64,000 nt of DNA, taken from assembly GCA_964188305.1 (NCBI GenBank), contig OZ076888.1, one strand, 5' to 3'. The translations under genes and the position numbers were made by a program. The DNA comes from Podarcis bocagei. Its lineage: Eukaryota. Each line of letters begins with the position of its first letter. The stretch's first letter is position 1. The notes below the pieces were generated by a model. The model saw only the letters and a list, made by a program, of their open reading frames with translations, was not told the DNA's origin and ran no database searches. Below, in pieces: positions 37,860 through 50,191 of the stretch.

Positions 37860-40800
37860 TCAGGAGGCTGCCTCCTGTGCTGGCAGCGGCACCACCTCTG
37901 CTAGCCACAGCAGGTCCAGCTGTGCCACGTGTAACTGCTTCTGGTGGATGCGGCGCAGACGGAAGAGGTAGAGTCCAATTGCAAGCATCACCACAAGAAT
38001 GCACACAAAGAAAAGATAGTGGTTATAAACAAAGGAGAGACGGAGCCAAGGGCTGCGAGGTTGGTGGATGCTCTCCTGGCGGAGATCCCTGAAAAACAAA
38101 GAAAAATCAGTCTGAAGTTGAAATGTGAAGCTGCGCTAAGCTTGAATCTCTTGCAACTAGCAGACAAAGAAGCATTCCAGATACTGCAGTAAGTATGATT
38201 CCCAAATACCTGGCTTTTCTCAGGCCTATGCCCTACAGGCCATCTGTAAATAGATGAGAGGTGTCAAAAACATAGGTTTTAGTTTTTTAACATTTAAGAC
38301 ACCATGTTGCCTACTGATAAAGGATCAATTTCCTTTTCATGCAGGCTCCGTGCTTCATTGAGAGTGCATTTGATGTCTCTCCCTTAGGTGCCTCTTAAAA
38401 ACATACCAGGTCTCTGCATGCGTCTGCTTTCTCCTTTTCTGTTTTTTCAGAAAAACAGTGCTGGCAGATCACTTGCTTTCTCAAGTTTAAAAAATGAAAC
38501 TTCAGACTTTAAACACAGAGTACTGAACTCTTCCATGTTTCAAGCTCAATTCTATGCATGCTTATTGAGAGTAAGCCCTCATGTTGAATTCTGTGAAGCT
38601 TACTCCCAAGTTCACATATTAAGATGACCGAGCACTCTAATTAGGGCTAGAAAACCGGCATTTTACTCCTAGGTCAAGCGCCATGGTCCAGTTCTTTACT
38701 GAAGACCTTGTTTGAAAGACTGATTCTGAAGTAACCAGAAGAACTCTACCACTCTTAAGATGAGAAAAGATGCAGTGGACAGCAATTTAGATTACCTGAG
38801 TGGCAGGAAGCGAGTTTTATAGAGAATGGCTCCCAGTGTCCATTGTACCTCACGATCATACACCAACTGGGCTGTGCGCAGACCAGAATAATCCTTGGGG
38901 AAATGAAAGCCTTCGTGCAGGACTTGGTGCATCCATGCTGATTTGAAGCACTGGTACCTGCAAGCAGAGAATAGAGACTCGATCACAAATATGCTGGGCT
39001 GAGGCTCATCAGTTGAGAAGACTGGTGGGGGGCAATCTTACCACCACCCCTTCACCGTCCATGGAAGAAGAGTTAAGGACCAAGCACATTCTCTGTGAAA
39101 GGGAAGAATGGATTCTTACTTGACACGGTGCAGATCTGCATGTGCTGAGTATAGGTGGTCTCGGAACCTCTGGGTCAGTACGGACCAGCTCAGGCTGCAA
39201 TAATCCTGGAAGGAGGCAAAAGACATGAGTGGGCACAGAAACAACACCCCCTATCCTGGCAAAGTGGTCACATATTCTAGAGTCACCTGGGCAGCGCGTG
39301 TGAACGTGGGCATGTGGTACAGTCCTCCCAGGCGCAGCACATCTTCGGTGCAGTAGTAGAATTCAGAGAACCCATAGAATTCGCTGTTAACAAAGTCAAT
39401 CGGTGCCTGATAGGTGTTGCGCAGAGAGACTGTGGTTCTGTTGTCTCCCGCCAGCAGGAGGCGCACTTGCTTCGCACACGACTGCCAGTCCCCCTGGCCC
39501 TTGATGTGCAGGGTCCGGCCGCCATGCTCCACAACATCCTCCAGTCCCACAGGAAGGCAGGGGTCCAAGACAGGCACCCCAGCATTTGCACCAAGCTGCT
39601 CACCATGCAACCTAAAACGAGAGCCTAAGCTTCAGGATTGGGAAAACACAGGCATCCCCAGCGGCATGTTATGATCGGTGAGTTCTTCTGTGCCACCCTG
39701 AAACAGGCTAGAGGTATGCATGTGGACCATCAAAAACTTCTCCCATTGATCTCATCACTCAGGAAGCTTGCCTTCTGCAAATAAACACACACCCTCTCCC
39801 AGGATGCCACACCTTGAACTTCTGGGGGCAGTGGAATCCAGAGCTGCCTTTAGCCAGGCCTTTTGAAACCTGGCAGCATGAGGACATCACCTGTTGTGGG
39901 TGATGGTCTGATTCAGCACCAGCTCTTCATAGCGCTGCCGGGCGTAGTTGCCCCCAAAGCCCAGGAAGGTGCTGACGTAGACTCGGTACACGTGCTTCGT
40001 GTGTTGCATGTCACAGCCAAGGTTGAAATCAGCAAGCAGGCTCTTGGCAGCTTCCTCCTGTCAGTAACAGAGGGGAGGGTGGCAGGGGGAGGGAGAGCGG
40101 GAGTAAGAAACAGGGCCCAACCTGGACCATAGCACATATTTCCTTCCCAAGCTACACACCTCCTGCGGGGAAGAGAAGGACGTGGAAGTCGGCACCTCAT
40201 AGGCGATTTGCAGAGAGGCACCTCCCATGTCCAGGATCCCAACGGTCCTCTTTCGCACCAGGGTTTCTTCCTGGCCAGCCAGGGTCACAGAAATCACTGC
40301 ATCTTCCTCTACAATCGCAGAGGGAGGGAGAGAAAGAGAAAGAGAGAGTTGCCAAAGCAATGGAAAATGGAGATGGAAGATGGCACATCCCCATACCTCT
40401 TGGGCTGAACACTAGAAATGTCTAGGGTTTGGGGGGCGGGGGGGGGGACAGAAGTTCAGGAAGAACTGGGGATCAGCTCTAGTCTCTCTTGCTCACCTTC
40501 ACTCCTGCTAAACTGCAGAATGGGAAGGGGCCTTAGTTCAGGTCATGTGGGAAAGCCAAATCTCCATTCCTGCTGGGAATCGACCAAACTGTGCTGGAGA
40601 TTCCCTCCCTCAAGAGGGAACTGAGCCAAAAAAGAAAACTTCTACCTACCCATTCAACTCCACTGTCCCTTTCCCGCAGTCTCACCTTCTTCGTGGTCAA
40701 ATCTTCCCAATACAAAGTTGATGCCTATCCAAGAATAGACTCCTGGGAAATTGGGGTTGGGGGAAGAAAGAGAATCAAGAGCAGCGTTGGGTTCCTGGAA

Positions 40801-40988
40801 GGTGCAGGACTTGAGTAGCACCCTGTGACGTTTGAGGGGAGGGAACAACCCCAGGGGACAGGCACCGCCAACAGCAGGTTAAGCTGGTGTAACAGCTAGC
40901 TAAGCCCCCAGATCCTGCGCAGTGCTGCCTCAACACCTACCTTCCCCCCTCTCTCCTTTCACCCTTTGCCAAACTCCCTAAGATGATG

Positions 40989-41038
<50 letters not shown>

Positions 41039-41971
41039 TTTTTTATTTATACCCGCCCGCCCAGCCAAGGCCGGGCTCAGGGCAGCTAACAAGCAATAAT
41101 AAAAACAAGTTGAATGAATACAACTTAAAAACAAGATTAAAATACAACATTAAAATATTGAAACATTAAACTATTAAAATGCAGCCTCATCACAGTGATG
41201 ATGGAGTGAGCGAGCCTTTCTGGCCCAACACCTACCTTCTTGCTTCCCAGAGATCACTTCTGCCTGTGATTCTGAGAAGAGGAAATCAAATTCCAAGGGC
41301 ACATCCCTCACCAGGTCCGCCAGGATGGCCGTCTGCTGCCTGCGAAGATCCACAAGCAGACAAACTGAGCAGCTCCCATTTCTTTCTACTGAAATATAAT
41401 GAACCCCCCTCTCCAGTGCTCCTTTGCCGAATGGTCAAGATGTCTAAACAGCAGGCTCCACCTCATTTCAAAAACCTGTCCTTTTGTCCCCCTGTGCAAG
41501 TCACCCTTCTCACTTGGTCTCTTTCCAGCCATGAATCCGCAAACACTCACACAACTTCATAAGCAGGACTTAATTTTTAGCTCCACTTGGGGTGGAGATG
41601 ACCCATTGCTCACTATCAAGTTAGGGAACCCTGTGTGGGAATGTTGTGGATAGTAGGAGAGGATATATTGATTAAATATTATCCTTCCTCAGTCACGTTA
41701 GTGAGCTAGTCTTCATCCCCATCGTTCAGCCCGGACACTGAGGTCCAGCGCCGAGGGCCTTCTGGCGGTTCCCTCACTGCAAGAAGTGAGGTTACAGGGA
41801 ACCAGGAAGAGGGCCTTCTCGGTAGTGGTGCCCGCCCTGTGGAACACCTTGACACCTGAAGGCAGCCCTGTTTAGGGAAGTTTTTAATGTTTGAAGTTTT
41901 ATTCTGTTTTTAATGTTCTGTTGAAAGCCACCCAGAGTGGGTGGGGAAACCCAGCCAGATGGGCGGGTAGA

Positions 41972-42032
<61 letters not shown>

Positions 42033-44511
42033 TACTAGTAGCAGAGCACATTCCCTTGCATTTGCTGGAAGCTAGTTGATGGATTTGTTAGAATCATTTG
42101 AATTGAGCAATCCAGTCTGGCTTGTCCAGATTGGATTGTTCCTGGTAAATTTCCCCTTTAGTTCCCTCTTAAAAACAATAATGACACGACAGTCTTCTTT
42201 TAAAAGTAATGATAAAGTTTACTTACATTCAGTTCACAGTGTTGTCCTGAAGGCAGGCTTTATTTTGTAGTCACAGTTACAGTTGTAGAGAAAAGAAGTC
42301 TGAGCTAGGCCTCAGACTTTCTACCTTGTGGCTTCCATCCTCTGTAAGGATGAGTCCATGTGCTGCTGGCTAAGAGCCAGCAGAGGAGTCGCAAAAGAGC
42401 AGTGAAAGAGGAAGATGGCTGCATGACTGGCCCTTTTATAGGGTCTGCTAGGGTCACACCCATCCACCTGGTCGCACACAGGGGGAGGATGCTCCAGAGC
42501 AGGTATGACAGGAAGTCTTCCCTGTCTGGAGCAACATTCCCCTGTGCGTCCACTCTAGGAAACAGGAAATGTTGTATTTGACTGCTACAGTGAAGATATA
42601 CCCCACACCCTGTCCCGTTCCACTTCAGGATGCAAGTCCACCTGTAGCTCCAAGAGGCCCAGCAGTTCCTGCTCCCCACTCCCAAGCCTACTCTGCTCAG
42701 GTCTTGGAAAAATATAGCTCACTCACCAGTCAGGCAGCAGCCTCATTCCTGCAGTGCACAAAATGTAGAGGGGAGTCTCCGTGTGCTTGGTACTGGGCAC
42801 AAAGGCAGCAGCAAAGCTGAGCAGCGGCCTGATGTAGTCACTAGCTTTGTCTGGAGTGGCTGCCAGAGTAGAGATCCCTGTACAATGAAAAGGGAATATT
42901 CCCTCAGCTGGCATCTCTACAGAACAACTCTGCCCACCTCCAGGTGCTTGGTGCTTGTGGGTTCACAGCCACCAACAAAAAAGGCATTTGGAAATCTCCA
43001 AACCTGGCTTGATCTTCTTGACAACAGGCTGGCCGTTACGGTCTCGCATCTGCCGGATGTCCAGCAGGTCGTGCGGATTCCCATTGTGTGGTGGCCAAAA
43101 GTATACAAAGACCCGGGACCCACTGCTCCCGCAATCAATAACCACCCCGTAATTCAGAGATGGGTTATTTGTGTCCGTTGCCTCCAAGGTATGAAACCGC
43201 TCCAGGTACCTGCAAGGGGAATGAGGAAGATTTGGAGTTAAGAGTTAGAGACCAGGCCAGTCTTCACACCCCTAAAATAAAAATAAAAAGGCAGATCCAG
43301 CATTCCATAGAACGCCTGCTCTGGTTTTTCAGAGGCTGTCTGTTATTGCACAACAGCAATAATAGGAATTACAGGAACACAAAATGCCTGTATCACTTCT
43401 CCATAAATGCTTCAAGCAATGCTGACCCAGCATGTGCATCTAGTCCCTGCGGAGGCTCTCGTTCCCCCTTCTAGAAACCAGATGAAAGTTATTGGAATCC
43501 CCCTAGGCACTGGATTCAGCTCCCCAGGAACCGGAGAACTGAAGCAGACATGCCAACGCACCCACTTTGTGCCATTTCATCGGTGCAATCAGAAAACAGG
43601 ACTGAGAGGCCACAGCATGTCCAGCCATTAAGAAGAAAGCTAACCAAATTAGTGGGTTTTGCAGATCCATTAGACAGAAAATTCATGCCACCTTAGTTCT
43701 TATTGATCCTGCTCCCCTTTCTTGTGCTGAAGGAAATTCTGGCTCAGTCAGCACAGCCTCAGCTGCTTCCCCCACCCAGCAGCAGCAGCAGTGGAACAAA
43801 GCAAGGGCTTGAAGAAGGCCATCCCACAGCCAACTGCCATAGGGCCAAATGTTCCAACATCCTGACTTTTGCAGAAGAGGGCTTAGATTCCCTGGGCACT
43901 CAGCTAGAGCAGCAGCTCTCACAAATGCCATGCACCATCCCAAGTATTCCAGTTGGATTTCCCCATGGACACAGGAACCAAGAGATGCATAAATACAATT
44001 GCATCTTATCCAAGAGGGAGGAGAAGCCAGACCTATCACAGACAGAAGGTCAGGTCACAAAAGTTAAGGCATAAGCTACTATATCAGTCTTTGTTTACAT
44101 CTGTTAATCAGCATTCATGGAAGGAGGAAAGGGCGAAGGAAGAGGAGAAGCAGGAAGACCCAAGGCCTGCCATGTGGTAGGACTACCATGGATGAGGCAG
44201 TGCCTGGCCCTCTAAACTGTGTCAGGTGGGACAAGAAGTTTATCAAAGTCTGAGTTCTAGAGGAGCCATTGAATGTCACATTATTTGAGTACAGTAACTG
44301 GTAGTCAGTCCCAACAAGAAAATTCTGTCCAGTCCACATCACATCAAAAAAATAAAAGCCATGCAGCTAAATGCTTCTTGTAGGATCAGCTCCGCTCTTG
44401 AAGGAAGAGGCACAAGCATTGGTCCCAGGTCCAGCAATGAACCTGCTGAAGGTAACCTGGTGTGCATCTGATGAGTGGCTGGGGCAACCCAGCCAGATGA
44501 GCAGGGTATTA

Positions 44512-44564
<53 letters not shown>

Positions 44565-47500
44565 GGATGGGCTCATCTGGGAATCCTATATATGCCACCT
44601 TGAGTTCCACAATGAAAGAAAAGCAGGATATACATTCCATATTTAATAAATATAATTACTGCAGGATGTTATGCAAATAAATGCTGGATATTATGCAAAC
44701 AAAAGCTGCAGCAGAAATGCCCTTTTAAAATAGTTGCTACCTGCCATAAGGGAAGCTGAGAGGATGTATACAATGTGAATGTATAGTTTAGAGGAAATGT
44801 GAATTTAAAAGTAATTACCAATCTCTCCTTTGGTCTGAAAATGACTTGTTTAAGGTGGTTGTCAAATGCAAATAGCTGGCTTTTGCAAAAACATTTACCC
44901 TACCTTTATCTTAATGGCCCATTTTTAAAGTGATAACATCAACAAGTCTAGACTTGTTAATCTTATAAAGAACCCGCAGCTGGAGAGACCCTCTTTAGCA
45001 TATCAAATAAAATTCTGGCTTCAGAGGAAGTACTGTCATTTTCCAGCAGACCATGAGAAGTCTGGTTCAGATTGAGGGATCCTAACTTAGAATCTTAAAA
45101 CTATCCCCTCATTTCTTAAGATACATCTGGGAGACAGGCAGTATTGCCTATGGAAAATCATCAGCTTTCATCCTTGACTTAAAGAACTGTTCTTTGTCAT
45201 CTTACGGACAGAAATGTAAATAATTACTTCCTAGTTTAGTAATTTTTAATTCTTAGTAATCTTCCCAGCATATTTAGCACCAATGAAGAACCAGTTAGTA
45301 ATGTTAAGAAGTTTTTTTTGTTTTTTGTTTTACCTTTTGTTTTCTTTATGAGTTGCTTGTTGTCTTTTATGCTTTCCTATCTCTCTGGTGTTATATCTAT
45401 TGACAACTTCCTTTCTTTAGGAACAGCAGACTGGTGTTAATACTTCAAGTCACACATCTAATCATTTTGAAATTTTACTCATCTTAAGAGGAGTGGGTAT
45501 AGGGAAAAGTGAGGTGTCTGAAGTGGGAAGCCTCTTCTCCTCATGGCAGTTCCTTGTGCAATTTAGAAGTCTGCTAAATCAGGACTTCACACACAGAGAG
45601 AGAAAGAGAGAGAGAGAGAAAAAGCTCTGAACTTTGTACAGATGATGCTGTGGAGAGGGTTTGGCAGCACAGTTCTCCAGCTTCTCCTCACATGTTTGCT
45701 TACATGTGAAGCCTGAATACCCAAACAGGGACTGTGTAAAAGAAAGTGGGCAAACCAGTTCAAGCAACTGCTTCTGTGCCAGATACCTCACACTTTCCAA
45801 TTGCAGAACACCAACTGGCAGCAGAATTGCCAGTCCCTGTGCAAACATACTGAAGAGCATTACCGTATTTTTCGCCCCATAGGACGCACTTTTTCCCCTC
45901 CAAAAATGAAGGGGAAATGTGTGTGCGTCCTATGGGGCGAATGCAGGCTTTCGCTGAAGCCTGGAGAGCGAGAGGCATCGGTGCGCACCGACCCCTCTCG
46001 CTCTCCAGGCTTCAGGAAGCTATCCGCAAGCCTTGCAAGCCCGGTGGGAGTACCCGCGGGCTCACAAGGCTTGCGGGCAGCAGCCTGCAGCCCCCGCGAG
46101 TGTCTGCAAGCCTCGCGCGCCCGGCAGGAGGTCCCACCGGGTGCGCGAGGCTTGGGGCGGCAGCCTGTCGCCCGAAGCACGGGGAGCCCTCCGGAGGGCT
46201 CCCCCTGCTTCGGGCGAGTGTCTGCAAGCCTCGCGTGCCCGGCAGGAGGTCCCACCGGGTGCGCGAGGCTTGGGGCGGCAGCCTGTCGCCTGAAGCACGG
46301 GGAGCCCTCCGGAGGGCTCCCCCTGCTTCGGGCGAGTGTCTGCAAGCCTCCCGCGCCCGGCAGGAGGTCCCACCGGGTGCGCGAGGCTTGGGGCGGCAGC
46401 CTGTCGCCCGAAGCACGGGGAGCCCTCCGGAGGGCTCCCCCTGCTTCGGGCGAGTGTCTGCAAGCCTCCCGCGCCCGGCAGGAGGTCCCACCGGGTGCGC
46501 GAGGCTTGGGGCGGCAGCCTGTCGCCCGAAGCACGGGGAGCCCTCCAGAGGGCTACCCCTGCTTCGGGCGAGTGTCTGCAAGCCTCCCACGCCCGGCAGG
46601 AGGTCCCGCCGGGTGTGCGAGGCTTGGGGCGGCAGCCTGTCGCCCAAAGCACGGGGAGCCCTCCGGAGGGCTCCCCCTGCTTCGGGCGAGTGTCTGCAAG
46701 CCTCCCGCGCCCGGCAGGAGGTCCCGCCGGGTGCGCGAGGCTTGGGGCAGCAGCCTGTCGCCCGAAGCACGGGAGCCCTCCGGAGGGCTCCCCCTGCTTC
46801 GGGCGAGTGTCTGCAAGCCTCCCACGCCCGGCTGTAGGTCCCACTGGGTGCGCGAGGCTTGGGGCGGCAGCCTGTCGCCCGAAGCACGGGGAGCCCTTCG
46901 GAGGGCTCCCCCTGCTTCGGGCAGGTGAGCGCAAGGCTTGGGGCGGCAGCCAGGGCTGGGGGGGGGGGAATAAATTTTTTTAATTCATTTTCCCCCACAA
47001 AAATGAGGTGCGTCCTATGGGCCGGTGCGCCTTATAGGACGAAAAATACGGTATATGCTTGGGTTGGGAATCATTTAAGGGCAAAATTTGGGACTTCCCA
47101 GCAGTTAAACCTTGGGTTCTTATGTTGACACGCTGACAGTCCTTCGTTCCCAACATTTCACTAAATGAAGAAAGCCAACAGCAGCCCTGTGAAAGCACTG
47201 CCCAGCAGGACTAGCGCAGCATCTTCCTCCTCCCCCTCCAGCTTAAAAGGGTTTCAGCCTTTGTTGGTGGGAAAATGCAGCTGAACTCAGTCCATGTGGC
47301 TTCTTCCCATCACTCCCATTTTGCTGTTAGATGGGAACTGTGAAATATGCCCTGCCATTTCCTCTGCAGTTTTTTCCATCAAGCATCTCCTTTTCTACTG
47401 CTATATTTGTGTTACACAAAAAATGCAGAAATATATGCCCAATTTTGCAATCCAAGACCAAGATCGTAGAAGAACAGAGAGGAAAGGAGGGGGATAGAAG

Positions 47501-49831
47501 GACTTTGTGTGCCACAGAAACTGCCGCCTTGTTTGGTGCCACTAACTCTCCCCTTCCCCCCAGTTTCTCCAGGAAACCAGATTCTACATTATGCATAGCA
47601 TGTATAGCAGGGGTGAGGAACCTGTGTCCCCCCCAGGTGGTGTTGGGACTCCCAGCTCCTGTTAGTAACAGTGACCATTGTCAATGGTCAGGAACAATGA
47701 GCCTTGTAGTCCAACAACATCTAGAGCAGGGGTAGCTACCCTTGGCTCTCCATATGTTGATGAACTTCAATTCCCATCATCACCAGCTATTGGTCATGTT
47801 AGCTAGGCATGATGGGATTTGGGAGTCCAACAACACCCAAAGTACAGAATAATCTTAGCTTTGATTAAAGGGCACACAGTACTTTCTGACCCTGAAGACA
47901 CCTAATATACACCATACAGCGCAGCACTTTCCTTTAGGGTTGGTTTCATTTCATGCATAAACTAATTTGTTTTGCTGGACAATTGCTTCCTTAAACCCAT
48001 TTCCTGCAGCTCTCCTCTATTTTAGAGCAGGAAAAAAATAATTATATCTGGCTTTATCTCACAAAGATGTGCAAAAAAGGTATTTTGTGCTGCTGTACCT
48101 TATTTTAGAATATACTTTTTTCAGAAGTCTGTTGGCTGCCCTAGCTGTCTCAGAGCAGTACTGTGCCATATTCTTAACTAATCTCTCTATGTGTTTTATA
48201 GGGTACAAAGTGGCCTTTTTGCCTATATGAACAAGCCATTTCAGAAGCAATTAATTTAGAATGCTTTGCTAAAGCTTAGCTAACTTGTAAATACAAGCAA
48301 TGGAAGTTGGCTGACTCCTTTGAAAGCATCTTTTTGCCTTATCTCAGCATGCTTCATGCCAGTGCCGTCACATTCACCCACCTTTCAGACTGCCAGTCCC
48401 GAGAACTAGTTTTCCAACGCCATAGATTTGTGATTCCCACAAGTAGAAAAATACTGGCTGCAAGTAAGAGGCCCAGCAGGCCCAGCCGCTGACGGAGACA
48501 AAGGCTCACTGAAGGCACTGTGAAGTGCCAAGATGCTGGACACAGGCAGGAAAAACTGATCCTGGAAGAAGGGGAAAATCAGATTAAACAGTTGTTAAAT
48601 GTCTAGCAAAGCCTCATCAGTCAGCCACAGGTACTTGCCAACAAAATGATCTTAGAAATCCAAGTGCTAAAGCTTCCAATGTACACAGCTAAACCAGCAT
48701 AGCCTACAGCTGGAAGTTTGGAACAGGAGGATCCTTCTTCCAAAGCAGCTGGGAATGTAACAAGGAGCAGACGGGACCCATGTGAGTACTGAGTGCTGCA
48801 GTCTTAAAAGGACATTTTAATGGCATTGGCAACCTTGCATCTAAACAAGCCAATTGAGTCAGCTAGCAATAGCTTGCAATTAATCATCAACAATGCAAGC
48901 CTATGCATGTTCATTCAGAAGTACATCCTACTATATTCATTGGGCTTACTCCCCGGGATTGCAGCCATAATCATTAACACAGATTTGTGGTATGGCACGC
49001 ATGACGTACATTGTACATTTTCAATCTTTCCTAACTTGCAGGTGAATCTCTGCTACTCTGTTCTTCGTTCCCACTTCCCCTTTCCCAACCATTCATTTGG
49101 GACTTGAATAATAATGGGGTTAAAGTGCTGGGAAACAATCACAGATACTCTGCAGAGACCACATTCGGGCTGCCCTTCTACCCTGCACCGATTAGCACCA
49201 AGCTGTGATCTTTGAACTTAAGTGGCTGCTAGCCAGGTTGGCTGTAACAGCAGAGCTTTTTAAGACATACCAGCCTCACAGAGGGAACAAGGGAAGAGGC
49301 CGACAGGGTCACTGTAACTAGGGTCAACCAGGGGCAGGGGAGCAGAAGAGAAGGGTAGATAACGCTGTGTGTATCCCAATCTCTGAGCGGCAAGAGAAGA
49401 TCGCGCCATGAGCACAAATCAAAAGGCAACTCCAAAGCTTTCAGGAAGAATCCCTGCAGCAAAGCTGTTCTAAATGCAAAACCCCTGTCCCAAAGCCATG
49501 CCAATCAACAAGCAATCTCGAACCCAGATCAGTGCTGGGCTATATCTGGTTTTCAGATCAAGAGATCTTTGTGGGATCCTTCCATTTCTTTGTTGGTCTC
49601 CCCCTGCGCTTGTGGGTCAGAGGTCTCAAACTCCAGCCCCTAAGGCTCCCACAGCGCACCTGCTCTTCCAGCGGCATCAAGGTTGCCACCGCCCTGCCTA
49701 GCAGCCGGTAAGCGACCCACGCCCACGGGTACAACGACGACGACGAGGAGGAGGAAGCCGGCAATGCCGGAAAGGAGACGGCGCGGGTAATCCGGGGGGG
49801 GACCCGCGATCCCATCGCCTCACCTGGCCAT
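37860..49831 (-). CDS. ENTPD7: Ectonucleoside triphosphate diphosphohydrolase 7 (LALP1), 12 coding exons, about 607 aa
   Basis: Coding exons: 49824-49831 (ATG GCC AG), 48382-48561 (ISFSCLCPASWHFTVP), 43004-43209 (ACR1 YGVVIDCGSSGSRVFVY), 42727-42877 (ACR2 LCTAGMRLL), 41236-41339 (ACR3 VISGKQE), 40686-40742, 40160-40308 (ACR4 GILDMGGASLQI), 39891-40057, 39287-39611, 39120-39205, 38796-38957 (ACR5 VQWTLGA), 37860-38088 (C-terminal TM). Probable non-coding exon 1 ends at 50192. Minus-strand AATAAA at 37041-37046. Confidence 0.96.
40985..41185 (-). mobile_element. Retroposon 3' end with (AAT)n tail, reverse orientation
   Basis: TTTATACCCGCCC…GGGCTCAGGGCAGCTAAC is the reverse of the LINE-like terminus also present at about 57765-57840. 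Confidence 0.55.
41725..42033 (+). mobile_element. LINE (L2-like) 3' end with (TAA)n tail
   Basis: GGGCCTTCTCGGTAGTGGTGCCCGCCCTGTGGAAC (RAFSVVVPALWN-like), then CCCAGAGTGG…CCAGATGGGCGGG and a long TAA microsatellite. Confidence 0.65.
44507..44561. repeat. (TAT)n microsatellite
   Basis: Trinucleotide run in an ENTPD7 intron. Confidence 0.9.
45863..47051. mobile_element. Tc2/Kanga-like non-autonomous DNA transposon carrying an internal tandem array
   Basis: TIRs CCGTATTTTTCG…CGAAAAATACGG, TA on both sides. Lies in an ENTPD7 intron. Confidence 0.82.
46098..46922. repeat. GC-rich tandem array, 7 units of 118 bp (one 117 bp), each with two hairpins
   Basis: GAGTGTCTGCAAGCCTC recurs at 46098, 46216, 46334, 46452, 46570, 46688 and 46805; the units are near-identical. 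Confidence 0.95.
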
Positions 49832-50191
49832 GTGCTCGCCCCGCAGTCTGTCAGCTTCCAGTGCGGGTCCCGGGAGGAAGTAGCATCTCTTTCGGCTCCT
49901 CCAAGTTGCGGGATGATCCTGGACCCTGAAAAAGAAAGGAAGAGACGGAGCGCTTAAACCAGGGATCAGCGCCGACCACCTTCCCGCCTCTATCCCCTGA
50001 AAGGGCCACAAAATCGGTCCGTTAATTAATGGTCCGCATTTCATCCCATGCTGACAGCAGCTTCACAGAGAGAGAGAGAGAGAGACGCGCCTCTGGCCGC
50101 AGAGGAGGCTCCTCCGCCCGGCAGTGCCGCGGTTCCCCTTCCACACAGGCAGCGCTCCTTTCCCCCCCGCTTCCCCGGGGAGCCGACTTAC

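Noticed and set aside
40937-44646. Poly-Ile and poly-Tyr ORFs (40937-41134, 44371-44646)
   Set aside because: Translations of (AAT)n and (TAT)n microsatellites.
46098-46922. CRISPR-like array or tandem hammerhead ribozyme (retrozyme)
   Set aside because: The units are fully repeated with no unique spacers, there are no cas genes and the host is eukaryotic. The hammerhead core boxes (CUGANGA/GAAA) are absent.
45801-46998. Long ORFs (215-375 aa) on both strands over the tandem array
   Set aside because: They are artefacts of a GC-rich 118-bp repeat with almost no stop codons. Because 118 is not a multiple of 3, the same peptides cycle through the frames, and there is no domain similarity.
49229-49504. 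Possible ENTPD7 coding exon at the acceptor near 49453
   Set aside because: In the required phase it hits a stop after three codons and has no similarity to ENTPD7. The true second coding exon is 48382-48561.
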